From Octopus vulgaris (Eukaryota), in NCBI GenBank assembly GCA_951406725.2, contig OX597831.1, positions 59,830,001-59,894,000 of the forward strand: a stretch of DNA of 64,000 nucleotides, in the 5' to 3' direction. The notes below the pieces were generated by a model. The model was not told the origin of the DNA, ran no database searches, and saw nothing but the letters and a program-made list of their open reading frames with translations. Below, one piece after another: positions 11,691 through 26,490 of this stretch. The first letter of the stretch is position 1; each line of letters starts with the position of its first letter. A program made the translations under genes and the position numbers.

Positions 11691-13399
11691 TATTCCTTTT
11701 CCTTACTGTTGGGCTAGTGATATATATATATATATATAGGATATATATATAGTGATACATATATATATATATATAGGAAGCAACCGAAGTACCCGCATTT
11801 ATATATCTACTTTATTTTACACATATGATAACATACGCTGACAATCTGAGTAATACCTTCACACCCTGTAAATGATCCTCGTTGACTGGATCTTTAACGC
11901 ATTTAAATTAGTAGCCCCAATCTTCCGTAATTACTGTGTCCCTCTAGGTTTTGTCAAACCGGTGTATACATAACGGATGTGAATTCACTAAGATTCGAAA
12001 AACGATTTATTGTGTTCACAATTAATATATATCTGTTTATATATCTACCAAATACGTTACACACTAAGGCTTATATATATAAGACAGGGAGAGAGAGACA
12101 TTGTTTTATATACTTTTATTAATCGTTGTTTAAAACCTACGTGTTTATTTGTTTAATGATCTACAGTTCCATTTACATGCCATATATATATATATCTCCC
12201 GAGCCACGATCATTTTCGGACATCTTAATGATGATTACTATGATATTAATTTACTGTGTGTGTTTGCTTGATAGACCTATTTAATACACATGCGCGTTAC
12301 GTATTTTGAAGAAACATGTCTTAGCTTAAAGGGATGTGGTTTTATGAAAGATTACTGACTCTTACATTTAAAGCGCTAGCATTATAAAACGTATTGATTC
12401 TCTCATTTCTTCCACGTAAGTCCCTAGTTATTATTTTACCATAGAGCACTAATTCATTTTGAGTGATATGTTATTATTTTCATCGACATTATTCTGATGT
12501 AAATATTATAATAATATGATGGAGCAGAAAGATGTATTAAACAGGAAATCTATATAAAAGAAAGTGGATTAGATGAATTGTATAGTTAAGTATTGTTGAG
12601 TTTATGTCATAGTTTTTTTTTTTTTTTTCTGTGTTCAGTTAATTCCTGATTACCTCCACGCCCACGAGGTAAACGTAATAATGCTTGAAGCTCTGGTTAA
12701 CATCACTGGTGAAGAAAACTCCTTATTACATCGGTATTGTTATAAGATAATGACTATATAGTATTAAATGAATTTAATATAGTTCCTCACATATTAGATT
12801 GCAACATTAAGAGTTAAAACCCCATGAACAAATTTTCAGCATTCTTGTTTAATAATGGTGTGAGCTTTTCTATTATGTTAAATATCCAAATTTATAAATA
12901 ATTAAACATTAAGATTTTCCAAGGTAGATCACACCAATTAAGTCAGTAGGAATCAGAATTCGTTATAATTTTAGTTAAGGAGTGTTTTTGTGACATAATA
13001 CCGTTAAGTAATACGGTAGCTTTTACTTTTATGATATCTTGTTATTTTGTATAATAAGCTCATACTGAATAAGTGCAATAACAGCATCATTACCAGAAAA
13101 TATTGATAAGATTATTCTGAAGCAAGCGTTTATTCTAGGTACAATTGATGATGCAGTATGTGAGAGGAACCTTCATTAGAGTGAGTAAGCAATTACCGTC
13201 GTGCTAACGGAAGCACAACTTCTAGATATATCCTGATGGGACCACACCTTGTGTATATAACATATTTCAGTTAAGAAATATGATTGTTCACCATTTTCAT
13301 TCCAAATACACAGTGTGGGATGGGTAAATTGTACTAAATTTATATATTCAATTTTGCTCATGCGCATTGTTTGTTAATATTTGTCGTCTATACAGTATG

Positions 13400-14159
13400 G
13401 TAGGGTGTCTTGAGCACCGTCTGTGAGAAAAACAGCACCATTCAAACTGCCAGTAATTTGGAAATGACATGGCTTAGTGCTTGACGTTCGCGCCGGAAGT
13501 TCCAGTACGGATATTTCAGAGTGTTGGGTGTCAATCTGAGGGCAGTACAATCCGAGGACATGTGCCGAGAGTGTTAAAATTCAAGCATGCAGTCAACATG
13601 ATAGTGTTTGGAGCGATCACTAGGGATGGCGACGTTATGCTTCCCACACGGCATAGATACAACACGGAGGCTTACATCAAGTGCCTGGAGGAGGTAGTGC
13701 TGCCCCGGTTCAAGAGGGTAGCTGTTGGAAGACCCTGTGTCTGGTGACAGGACTCTGTACCATGCCACAGATGTAGGAGAACTCAGCCAAGTTTATCAGT
13801 TAGTTTCTGCGAGCTCATCACACCTAAGATCTGGCCACCAAACTCCCCAGACCACAACTCAATTGATTATCGTGTGTAGGGCGCATGCGAATGAGAGACC
13901 AACATCATTCCTTGTGATAGCAAAGATGAACTGAAGGCAAGGATTATGGCAACATTCGCCAACTTAAACAAGGAGACCATCTTGAAGAGTTGCAAGAGAT
14001 TTCAAAATCGTTTCGATGCCGTGGTTGACGCCAATGGCGATTTCATTGAATAAATTTACTCTTTAGTATTTCAAGATATGTTTATGTCATTTGGGTAAAT
14101 ACATCTGCTAAAATAAGACGTTTGCGTAATTCATACGACAGTTTATTCACTGCACCCTG
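13400..14159 (+). mobile_element. Internally deleted Tc1/mariner-superfamily transposon (maT/DD37D-like)
   Basis: Peptides VFGAITRDG, YIKCLEEVVLP, W*QDSVPCH, WPPNSPDHNSIDY, ELKARI, RFDAVVDANGDFIE*; right end CACCCTG at 14153-14159. Confidence 0.85.
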
Positions 14160-15279
14160 TGTATTAAACCATGATAATATTACGCAGTGCAATGTACATA
14201 AATATTATGAATATGTACATAGGAATATATACAAACACACGTGTATGTATGTATATACACGTATATACATATACACGTATATATATATATATATATATTA
14301 TATTAGAGTTCACACACATGCTCAGACAGACACGTCTACGCATTTACAAGCAGTTTACCTATCTGTCTCTCTATGATATTGCTCCTGCGATGATTCTAGG
14401 TTTGAATCATGAATACTGGTTCCTAAATTAGGCCACAATATTATACAATCATTTACCTTAAGGGAAATACAAATGAATGCGATTCAGAGATATGTGTGTA
14501 AAACTACGGGTCACTAAATCAGATACGATATAGAAATATCAGATATATAGAACAAAAGCTGAAACGTATAAACACTAGATTTGCTTATAGAGAAATAGAA
14601 GAGGTATCAAATACTGGTTCCATTAGCTCCGCTAGAAGAAGCGGTAACAAGAACACATTTGCTATTTCAACACAATTGTCTTCGATATGGACACGGTGAA
14701 CAATTTATAATCCAATGAAGCAAGCTCAGCATTTAACCACAAGATAAAATACACTAGGTCTGCTTACCTTTAATAGTATTAGCCTATTCTTACCACCCTC
14801 TGCCGTTACACAGAACTTTGATTACAATGGAAATCCTGATCGTTACACCTTTGTATATATTTTTTCCTATCAATTCACTACATACACAAACAAAATAGAC
14901 ACACCCGCACATATTCATATGGATATGTATGTATGACTGCGCAAAGTAATATGTTCACTTATAAAATCATATTTGTTAGAGATGAGAAATAAAATGGTAA
15001 TAATTACATGATATTATTATGCGTAATACATATTCATGGAACACAGAAGCGGCACTTAATAATTTAAAGTTGAAATTTCCAAACTAAAATACTTAATTAG
15101 TTTGAAATTCTATCTTTGCTCCAAAAAGCAACTGAACGGTGAAATATATACAACTACAGTCTATGTCACGATGCTAATGCGGTGGATATTGTTCGTTCAC
15201 CATGTTTCGTGGCTAAACTTTTGTTTGATATGGTTTCTGCTCCCCAATACCGAAATTTTTCTTATATTACGTATATGTA

Positions 15280-15489
<210 letters not shown>

Positions 15490-16399
15490 CAACTATCTTG
15501 CCTATTTCAGTCCATGGCATGGAGTAATGGAATGCATAGCAAGTTTGAAATTTATTCCTTAATAATTTTATGCGTGACATGCCTAACTTCACCTCGTCTG
15601 ATTTCAGAATTATTTGTGATCGCGTAGTTCAATTCGTATTGTTTCAACCGTGTGTTTATTAATTTCCTAGAATGATGATATTTAATTTATTTCACATGTT
15701 GTTGCCTTATGAAGTTAATATCACCTTCTATGTTTAAATTCGTTATCATAATTTTACTATAAGCACTAACTTATGATTTTAGTATAAACATACCAGTTAA
15801 AAGCATTACTCACCTCACCCCTGAATGTTTAAGTCCAAGATTGGAACCAGCGTAAGTTGTTCATCTAGTTATTTATTCCAATTTCTCTGTTACAAATGAT
15901 GTTATCTGCTTATTAGGTGTTCTATGTCGTTTTGTAAACATGTCTAAGAGGGTACACAAACATGATGGTGTGTGTAACAGGTATGCCTTTGTTTGCGTAT
16001 GTGTGTGTGTCTGTGTATAACGTATATGAATGTGCGAACATCTGTCGATATGTATCGTACTACTATACCCGATACACTTTAATGTTCGCTATCAGGTAGG
16101 TAATGGCTTAGCATTGCTTATTTACAAGGTAAGAAACAATGTTTTATATAGATTAGAAAATAGAGTGTATGTATGTCTACTAAAAATATGGATTGCTGTT
16201 ACTGAACCAAAAGGGATTAGACGACGAAAAGTTTACTTCTATAATAAAGATGCTATCAGTTTAGTTGATGTTTTTGTATATACATATATATATATATATA
16301 TATAGCAAGTCTTCAGATGAACCTCATGAGTATTTCCCTGTTGTTATTTAAATATTTTAATGTAATCGTTATTATTCTAATTATTTACGAAACTGGTGT

Positions 16400-16403
<4 letters not shown>

Positions 16404-16452
<49 letters not shown>

Positions 16453-16480
16453 CACTATATGTTTATATATATATATATAT

Positions 16481-16532
<52 letters not shown>

Positions 16533-16536
16533 TATG

Positions 16537-16630
<94 letters not shown>
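16404..16630. repeat. Interrupted (TA)n microsatellite
   Basis: Directly visible. Confidence 0.9.
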
Positions 16631-17037
16631 TATGTATATTATTAGAGATTCATGGTGTGTCTCTATGTTTTTCTCTGAAAAAGTAGATAGTTTGTCGTGA
16701 TTACTAGTGGTATGCGGTGAAGATAAGCTGTTCCTATTTGTTCAGTTACTCTCCAGATTATTTGTTTTCAATTTCTATTACGTAGACTTATTGGTTTCAA
16801 TACCCATAAGTATTGATTTAGAGTAGATTGTTTACGCTTGCTAAATATACAATTATGTGTTGTCACGTTTATAAATATTAGATGTAAACTTTTAAAATTA
16901 CGCTTAGCATGTTTACTTTTTTGCTGTTGAGATTTTTATTTATATTTACTTCATACACGTAGGATGAAATGTGGAAGCTGTTGGGCATGATAGAAATGTG
17001 TATATGTGTATGCTTATATCTGTAATATATATGTATA

Positions 17038-17096
<59 letters not shown>

Positions 17097-17099
<3 letters not shown>

Positions 17100-17540
17100 T
17101 TAGAGATGTTTAAAACATCTAAAGGATGGTTAAATCCAAAGGCGCCCCTGGTGAATACCTGCCTTGGTACAGTCGTTGGTAACCAGTATATGGTAGCAGG
17201 TAATTCAGCGAGTAAACCGCAGTTTAAATTACATACTTAATAAAGAGAAATGGTAGTAATAGTACATTTACGATCATTTCTGTTTACCACTTTTGGCGGC
17301 AGAAATCATCAGAATGCATAGACATATGTAGAGGTAAGAAGAGCGAAATACATAGGGATACATTGGTAATGAGAATAAAGATAAAGAATGGTGAGTCTCA
17401 TAGTAGATTACTTAGTTGATAATCCTGCTGCGAAGTGGATGTAGGATAGAGGTTTTTTGATTTGTAGTCCCAAGACATTTCACCGGCGGTGTAAAGAAAG
17501 GGGGTTGACTCTAACTCATAGTGAAAATGGGTCTAAATCT
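17097..17540 (-). mobile_element. PLE pseudo-LTR-like island with 3' end at (TA)n
   Basis: Abuts (TA)n at 17096 and carries a canonical-core hammerhead motif; the distal boundary is approximate. Confidence 0.55.
17264..17317 (-). ncRNA. Type I hammerhead ribozyme motif with canonical core
   Basis: Minus strand GCATT-CTGATGA-TTTCTGCCGC caaaa GTGGTAAACA-GAAA-TGATCG-TA-AATGT; GUA cleavage triplet. Confidence 0.75.
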
Positions 17541-18473
17541 ATCTATCTAAATCTATATGTGTGGTTGGCATTATAACTTATCATTTATATGAAATTTCAT
17601 GAATTAACAGAAACAGGTATAACGTAAATGAAAAGGCATTATATGATATAACATTTATAAGAATGTCGTATTAGTAAGTTACATATATTAATTGAACATT
17701 TCTTAAGTTTTGATATTTATCGCTACTGAGAGTTCGAGTAACTGCCTCAGGTAAGAATTTGGCCACATACTAGAGATTTACAATAACAAGCTGCGAACAA
17801 GTATATTACACTTCTTTTGTCCGAATGTTTTCTATTTCATTAATTTCGAATAATGCAGTTGATATACTTCCTCAACAGGTTTATTTGTCATTGGCGTCTG
17901 CATAAATTAACACATATTTGTAGAAGTGTTGTGATCCTGTTATGAATTTGCTACTTTCTAGATCCTAATTAGATTCATGCACATGTATAAAGTTGTAAGC
18001 CGCGTCGCTTAACAAAAACAGCGTCTGAATTATTGCGTGAATAATTTCTCATTCAACTACATGTAACAGAGTGTACTTTTTGTGAGTTGTTTCATGTCAG
18101 AAATTCTCAAATAGGCATATCATATAATTCTTAGTAGACCTCGCCCCTGAATGCATTACCTGATTATATTAACGGAATGTTACATACTTTACTTTATTTT
18201 CATTTTAATTCAACTTTTTTGTTTTATCTAAATGATTTCACTCTGCTACGTTTGTTGTCTCCACCACCATCTTCGACGTTATTCAATTTATGAACATCAC
18301 GTCGTTCTTGTTATTGTTAGGGGCAGTATTTTTGGTCAGTCTGCGCATGTCTATCCTTTCTAAATTTCGTCTAATAGACATGCGATCCACAGTATTAACT
18401 GCAGGCTCTTGCAGGCGTAATTTCTTTAAAGCTTCATCATCACTGATACTGATATTATAGACATAGCAATACG

Positions 18474-18572
<99 letters not shown>

Positions 18573-20635
18573 ATTGAGGGAAAGGAATTTTAGCAGATCA
18601 TTAATGACTTTGAATAATACATGTGTTTATCTTTTCAGCTTTTCTATTGTATAGAGATTATATTCAACAACGTTCATATGTTTATATGAATCTCTCCTCT
18701 TTGCAACATATTTGCAATAGTCTGCATGAAAATTAAGGATTATATGATGAAGATGTGCTGTCTAAGATGTAAGGCAAATATTAAAATAAGGATGTATATA
18801 CCATGTACAAAATGCATGTGAAATACTTAACATCTTGTTATTGTAAATCTCTAGTATATGGCTAAATTCTTACCAAAGGCGGTTACTCGAACTCTCAGTA
18901 GCGATAAATATCAAAACTTAAGAAATGTTCAATTAATATATGTACTTATATGACATTTTTATAAATGTTATATCCTATAATGCCTTGTCTTATATATGGT
19001 TCTGTAAATTGCGACATTCCCTTGAAGAAAATATTTTATATACTGATGAAAGAATACTCCAGGTACTCTATTATTATAGAATTATCACGATTTAAGTCTA
19101 ATAGGATCCAGAGTAAAACATGTAGCTTTTGTGGTGTCGACATTTTATGATATGGTGATTAACATTTTCCATGAAGTTTTGAAATTTAGAATGAAAATGA
19201 TAATGATGATCACCTGCTATTATATGATGGTGCTAATTTTCACGAGACATAATTACGACAGTTTTCTGGCAGTGAATATTTAATAGTAGCATTACCATAG
19301 AATTTGAGATGTTCAAAGGTGAGTAGAAATGGAACTCTCTTGCGACTTGTTTCTGTCAAACACATGTGTTCATGTACTGTGAAAGTTTCAGTAATTGCAC
19401 TTGTGTAGGTCTCGTGAAGCAAAAACAAATATATGTTTGATTATGGTGATGTCTTCTAGACAGTAGAAATGAAAAGATGCAGAAATATATTAAGAGAAGA
19501 ATTTATTCTAAATTACAAGAGTCAGTTGGCTGCATTATTTATAGCATAAGTATGCACGTATCGAAAATGTTCTTCTAAATTGTTGTCAACAATTCACGTA
19601 TGGACAGCAGTCCAAACCGAATTTAGAAAACGTTTCTACCATTATAAGTAGAATAACGTCATTCAATTTAATCATAAATCGAATTCACATTAATAGAAAA
19701 AATGAAGAAATGCTTATTTTTAACACTTAAATCTACACTTTTCACGGGAATATATTAAACTATAGGTTTGGCACTGATATATCATAGGTTCTCCAATTCG
19801 AGAAGAAGAAAGCCAAAAATATTGAGCATAGAAAATTGAAGCAGAAATATAATTGGGAAAGTGAGATAGAAATAACATCTTGTAGCATAGCAAAACCGAA
19901 AATTGTATTACATTTCAATTTCTGTGTCCGCATAGATCAGCTGTTTCCTTGTTTAGAAAGAAAGCACTGGAAATGTGTTCCTTCTGTCAATGATAATTGC
20001 AAATATTATTGGGCATGAATTGCCGTTACGTTTAGATATAAATGCTTTATTTTCAGAATGTTTTCATACTTAGAATTTGGGGAATTTTCCTTTCTATCAA
20101 CTCCATATAGTTGTATCGAATGAGATATGAATGGTAGGTCTTTATTTTCTCACGAGACATTCTCATATCTGTCACTGAAATAACGCATGTCATGTTCTGA
20201 TATTTCGTGTTTTACACTGGATTACGACTGTGAACGTATTTCAAATGAAATTCTGTACAAGTAATTCTTTAAGCTATGCTTTAATAAATTCAATCATTTT
20301 CAATGAAAATATCCATAGAAAAATTATCTATTCATATAGATTTCAAAGATAAAAGTAAATTTATTGTGTGTATATGTAGATAAATGATCAACTAAATTTC
20401 AAATCAAAATTCAGTTCACTTATTTTCAAAATCATTTTTCCTGAATGTGAAATTGCACAACAAAATGCTGTTAGACTATCTATTAGTTTTCCTTGAAGAT
20501 GGTATGTTGCACTTTTCGTTGAACCTACTAGCTTTTACAATGAAAGGTATTAGTCAAATTTAAAATGCTAAATCAATTATTCTCCTTCAACATTTGATAA
20601 GCTGCGACTTGTAATTTGATTCCCTGTAAATTGCG

Positions 20636-21455
20636 TTATTCCCTTTTCTTCATAACTGGAGTGGAGAGTATGCTTTTGTGGTAGTTGCTGCTTAATAGAT
20701 TGTTACTGAGCTTGATCATTTCTTTGTGGTGTGTATCACAATGACTACTTACGTTCATTGCTCGATGTTTTAGGCATTGAGCAATCCCTCTCTTTACACT
20801 GTATGAATGGTGGGAGTTGAAATTGGGGTATCGTCTAGTGAAGGCCTGCTTGTGGTATACGGATGTCCTGAATCCACACTTGATGCATGTTATTAATACG
20901 TTCAGGAATGCTAGATGATTGTCTTTTTTCCCACTGTGAACTCTATGCATGACTTTACTGAGTTCACATGATTTAACAGCACTTGGAAATCTTCCTGGTG
21001 GGGTCAGACTATGAAGATGTCATCAACATATCGCAGCCATAGGGTTGGTTTTAGTGGTGTTTATTCTAAAGCTAAATTCTCAAATTATTCCATGTATATA
21101 TTGGCTATTATTTATATATTAGTATATATTGGTGATAATGGGGAAACCATTGCTAAACCCTCTTCTTGTCGATATGTAACAGTGTCCATACTGAAGTTGG
21201 TAGCTTCTACACAGAAGGTCAACATTTCCATAAGGTTTCTTATTGATATACTAGTGCATTCTTTTTGATGGGCGTCTGTCACTAGTTTTTCTTAAATCAC
21301 CGATAGAGCTTCGCCAGTTGGTACTTTGATGAAGAAATTTATCACGTCTAGACTCACCATCTGGTTGGGTTCAATGGGGGGTATTCTTGATCAATTCTGT
21401 GAAGTGGGTGGAATTCTTCACGTACGATGTTGACTTTCCTGCTACTGGACCGATT
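20636..21455 (-). mobile_element. Degenerate PLE reverse-transcriptase fragment
   Basis: Minus-strand peptides SYVKNSTHF, MVSLDV..F..VP, EGLAMVSPLSP, ANIYME, WLRYVDDIFIV, LAFLNVLI, TSVYHK..T.RY.NFNSHH...VKRGI; stops and frameshifts. Confidence 0.85.
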
Positions 21456-23454
21456 AGAAAAGCATTTATGGATCTTTAATATCATGTAGATTGAAGTGGA
21501 CATACGATAACCAAGTCAAATAATCGTAAATTTACTCTAGGTTTCAAGAATCTCACAATGAACCTCACAATTATAGTTTACTTTACTTTTGATTTGTGGC
21601 TCTCACTGGATATGTCTAAAATTTCATATTACTTGATTTTTTTCCCTATCATTACTATATTTTTGCTATCGATTGGTCTGAAGACCCACATCTTTATATC
21701 CCTAAAGACGTCATTCTCACTTTGACTGGTACTAGATGTATAGTCATGCCATAATTACAAAGCAAGTTTTTTCTATTATATACCCCAAGAATTTACGATA
21801 TTCACACGTAGATTATATTCTTGAATGACTATCTAACACTTGAATCCGCAGTTTGCTTCACCCATACGAATGGGTAAAATCCTAAAGCTGCATAAGAATG
21901 TCTCTTTTGGATGCATATGTACTGCAGCCGAACCAACTAAATGTTCGTAAATGCTACATCAGTGTAAAGAATGGATGGTTTTAGTACACTTATCCATCAG
22001 AAATATGTGTCGGGCTGCAATTTGATTTGATTATAGTGAGAATAATAGAGTGATAAAAATTTTGAAGATGTAAAATTCTCTATTCTTCTTTAAGAATGTG
22101 ACTTGATGTACACACACACGCACATGCACACACATGCGTGCGTACGTACGGACACACGCACACATCCACACACACACAAACACATATGTGGCAAACCATA
22201 TCTTTATGTTTCAACTGTCAACAGCGATATGTGAAAACATGGTTTGGTTAAATATTCGCAATACTTTAGGGAGATCCGAAATTTTTAATGAATTTAAAGA
22301 TATCAGCCCTAATCTAGGAACAAACAGTTCGTTGAGATTGCTATCTGAATCCCAAACGCATGTACAGTTGGATGGAACAAAAATGCAGCTTTCGAAATTA
22401 GAAACCATGAATCGATATTCTGTTGTGAATTAGAGCTCAAAGAAAATTGTATGAAGAACTTTACGTTTAAATATTTTTCGTAGGCTCCGCAATACAATGA
22501 AAAACTTTTAAAATCGCTATTCGTGATCGAATTGCATCTCCTCTAGAAACTGCAGTTGTACAAAAAGGTAACACAGAGAGAACAAGATGTTTTATAGGAT
22601 CAACGGACAAATCGAAAAAGGATCATTGTCCGAATAGACCAAGTAGTATGTAAAAAGAGCGTTCAGAAGTTAATTAGAAATAATGAACTAGATCACAGTA
22701 GCGCTTCTACGTCAGCAAAGCAATGTTTAAGATTTCCAGTTTAACTAACCCAATCTTAACAGAAGGAATGGATGCCTTTTTCCACATAAGAATTATCTTG
22801 TCTGCTACAATCTCGACAGTTTGTTTAATTTATTTTAATGTGTGTGTAATCTAGAACTCATGTAACACATATATCTAGTGACTTAGTATTAAAAACAATA
22901 AAGAAACAAAGTGGGAAAATCTATTTATTTCAGATAATTTCGAAATTTCAAGTGCGTTGCGGAACCTAAAGATATAAGTACTAGAGCTTCAAATTCGATT
23001 TTAATACTTTTGTTTTTAATAGATTTCTGAAAGGAAAATCGAATTGTTACAATGAATGTAATAAATAAGATGAGGAATGGCAAACCTGTTATAAATTGAT
23101 TTTTCGCTCATCATTCAGAATTTCAAGTGGGCTGTGGAGCCTGAAGATGTAGATTGCAGAACATCAGATTTTCACACAGTTGTTCTTCAAGGATTTCGCA
23201 ATGAGAATTCTGTAAAAATGTAGCTCTTTCACTCCACCCTAATGTACAGAAACAAATTCGTGTAATTAAGACGAACAAAATAGAATATAATGAAATTCAA
23301 GAAAAACAACAACCAGTCTAAGCTCTTACGAAAACACCAACGTTCCAATAAGATATTCACTGTAGTAAGCATCACGACTGAGTTTGAATCTGCTTGAAAC
23401 TCTTAAGAGTAGGTATGCTAGTCATCTCCATATATATAGATATATGTATACATA

Positions 23455-24395
23455 TAGTTAAAATTTACAGAAAAACAAAAGACGAAGATAAGTGCATGAA
23501 CAACAAGCAGGTGTGAAATGACAAAGCTTGGAGACTGGTTGGGAAACAAAGGTTTGACAGGAGAGGTAGAAAGAAGGGGAGATAATAAAGTATTGGTGGT
23601 CACAAATCGAAGGTGCGTATGCGTATGTGCAGGTTAGAATGTGTGTGAGGATAGGGGCTAGTGACTTTGACGTGTAGATGTGTGCGTGTGTGTGTGCGTT
23701 TGTAATGTGTGGGTGTGTGGATGATAGTGTGTGGTTATGCTGATGATGGAGTGCGGAGTTAATGCTGAGAAGTGGTCAGTGCTAGCGTGTGTAGTGGGGG
23801 GTTGATGGGGTCTGTGTGGGAAATGGAGATGTGGGTGTAGGGTAGGGGTGTGAATGTTAGTGTCGTGCTACGGATGGAGTATGTTGGGTTGGGGTGTGTG
23901 GGTGTGGTGTGTTTTGTGGAGGGGTTGCAATGAAATGAGAACGTGGGTAGAAGTGAAGAGAAGAAGTAGATGTCAGAATAAGAAAATAGGAATGGTGGGT
24001 TAAAAATGAAATGAGGAGGAGAGTTGAGCCCATGTGGGGCAAAGGCTAGAAGAGAGAAGAGTAATTCCCGTTCACGGCGAAGGCGGGAGTCTGGATGGCC
24101 CTTGTGCAACGACAATCCGATGACAGACAGGTGGTATAGTAAATGAACGGTAGGGCGGAATGGCGCGAGACCGGTGTGGTATTGTTGAGCCTGACGTCAC
24201 GGAGGTGCTCCGAGAGCCGGTCCGCCAAGCGGCGTCTAGTTTGACCGATGTACAGTGAAGAGAAGAAGGAGCAGGTGATGTAGTAAAATACGTTGCTAGG
24301 TGTGCAGGTAAAGGAGAGGGTGATATAATATGGTTGATTATGGGTGCCTGTGCGGATGGTAGTGTTGGAGAGAGAGGTAATTTATTCCACACGGG
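23455..24395 (-). mobile_element. 5'-truncated PLE (Neptune-like) with GIY-YIG and family A 3' end
   Basis: CTPSNVFYYITC...LYIGQTRRRLADRLSEHLRDVR...PVSRH...RLRRERELLFSL...PHGLN; 3' end CTTCGTCTTTTGTTTTTCTGTAAATT then TATA. Confidence 0.85.
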
Positions 24396-24711
24396 TAGTG
24401 ATATAGGAGAAACAGAAGTTGAAAATGCACCGAAGATAGGTAAAATATTGTTTACTAATGTATTTGAAGCTCTAATCGGTTTCACAGTTTACCATCATTT
24501 TCAAAAAGATCAAATAGAATGATGTGGTTTATGTCGCAGCTGTCGTGCTTCTAACTAGTGTTTGGGGTTTTCCATGTTTTTTTATAGGGAGTCCCTTATT
24601 CAAATTAGTATATGTTTTGAACAGGATTTAATTGGTTGAGGATAGTCACTTGAATGCTCATAGAAATTTTTAGATTCCCCGCTACGGCCGTATGTTAGTA
24701 TCAATAGATGT

Positions 24712-24990
24712 TTGGCATCGTAAGTTTACGGCTGACATATTTGACTGAACAACTCCAAACACGATTTGAAGTGCCTTGATTATAACTAAACATGTTCACT
24801 GAAAAGTGTCAGCCTCCTATTTAGGCGCTTAATATATAGTCAGGGGTCACTACTGAAAAGACATTGTGGGAAAGCTACAAAAGCTTATAAACTTAATCAA
24901 GTGTTCATTATGCACAAACATTTCACGGAAAACATTCTGAGCATAGGATTGTTACAGTCACCTTTGTAAACCTTGAACTTACGACGCCAA
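24712..24990. mobile_element. Putative MITE with imperfect TIRs
   Basis: TTGGCATCGTAAGTT versus AACTTACGACGCCAA (14/15 complementary), weaker complementarity to ~45 bp; no clear TSD. Confidence 0.55.
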
Positions 24991-25125
24991 TATATATATT
25001 TATATATATATATATATAATGATAACATTATGGAGAAATTCCAAACTTACAGGGAAAAATTCAATTTAGTATTAAATCAAATTTAACAATATAAATATAT
25101 ATGTATATGTATATATATATAGATA

Positions 25126-25450
25126 TAAATTAGAGAAAAACCACTATTATGCAATTCATACAATGCTAGACATAAACCAAATCATAAATAAAGAATAAAC
25201 TATATTTTAAAACATATAACTAGATCACAAAAAGTACAATGATGAATAATCAATATATAATAATTAATAAGTAATAAGTAAATAATAAGTAAATATAATA
25301 AGTAATAATAAGTAATATTATATATTAATTTTTCATCTTTATACTTTTTATGATCTAATTATATGTTTTAGAATATATTTTATTTTTATCTATGATTTGG
25401 TTTAAGTCGACCATTGTTTGAATTGCTTAATAGTGTTTTTCTCTAATTTA
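25126..25450. mobile_element. Foldback pair of family B ends
   Basis: 25126-25236 is the approximate reverse complement of 25342-25450; third copy at 283-386. Confidence 0.7.
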
Positions 25451-25469
25451 TATATATATTATATATGTA

Positions 25470-26490
<1,021 letters not shown>

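Larger units (their letters stand above)
10711..11720 (-). mobile_element. 5'-truncated PLE with C-terminal GIY-YIG endonuclease (Hydra-clade-like), flanked by (TA)n
   Basis: Peptide RKVIWF..FLALIDRHFP..KLFNRHNLKISFS..CPLNGAC..IIYEATV..YVGLTEGNFKARFNNH..LSNHIW..*..CGLCEME..LNTRTELFGSCPH; TA runs on both sides; hammerhead-like motif in 3' region. Confidence 0.85.

Noticed and set aside
14768-14880. Minus-strand exon suggested by AAG|GTAAGC donor
   Set aside because: All three frames contain stops between plausible acceptors and the donor; a non-coding exon cannot be excluded
18344-18384. Hairpin CGCATGTCTAT...ATAGACATGCG as pre-miRNA
   Set aside because: Only 11 bp of stem; too short, and no known mature sequence recognised
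19239-19418. Possible MITE from 10-bp inverted repeat TTCACGAGAC
   Set aside because: Too short, with no TSD and no second full copy
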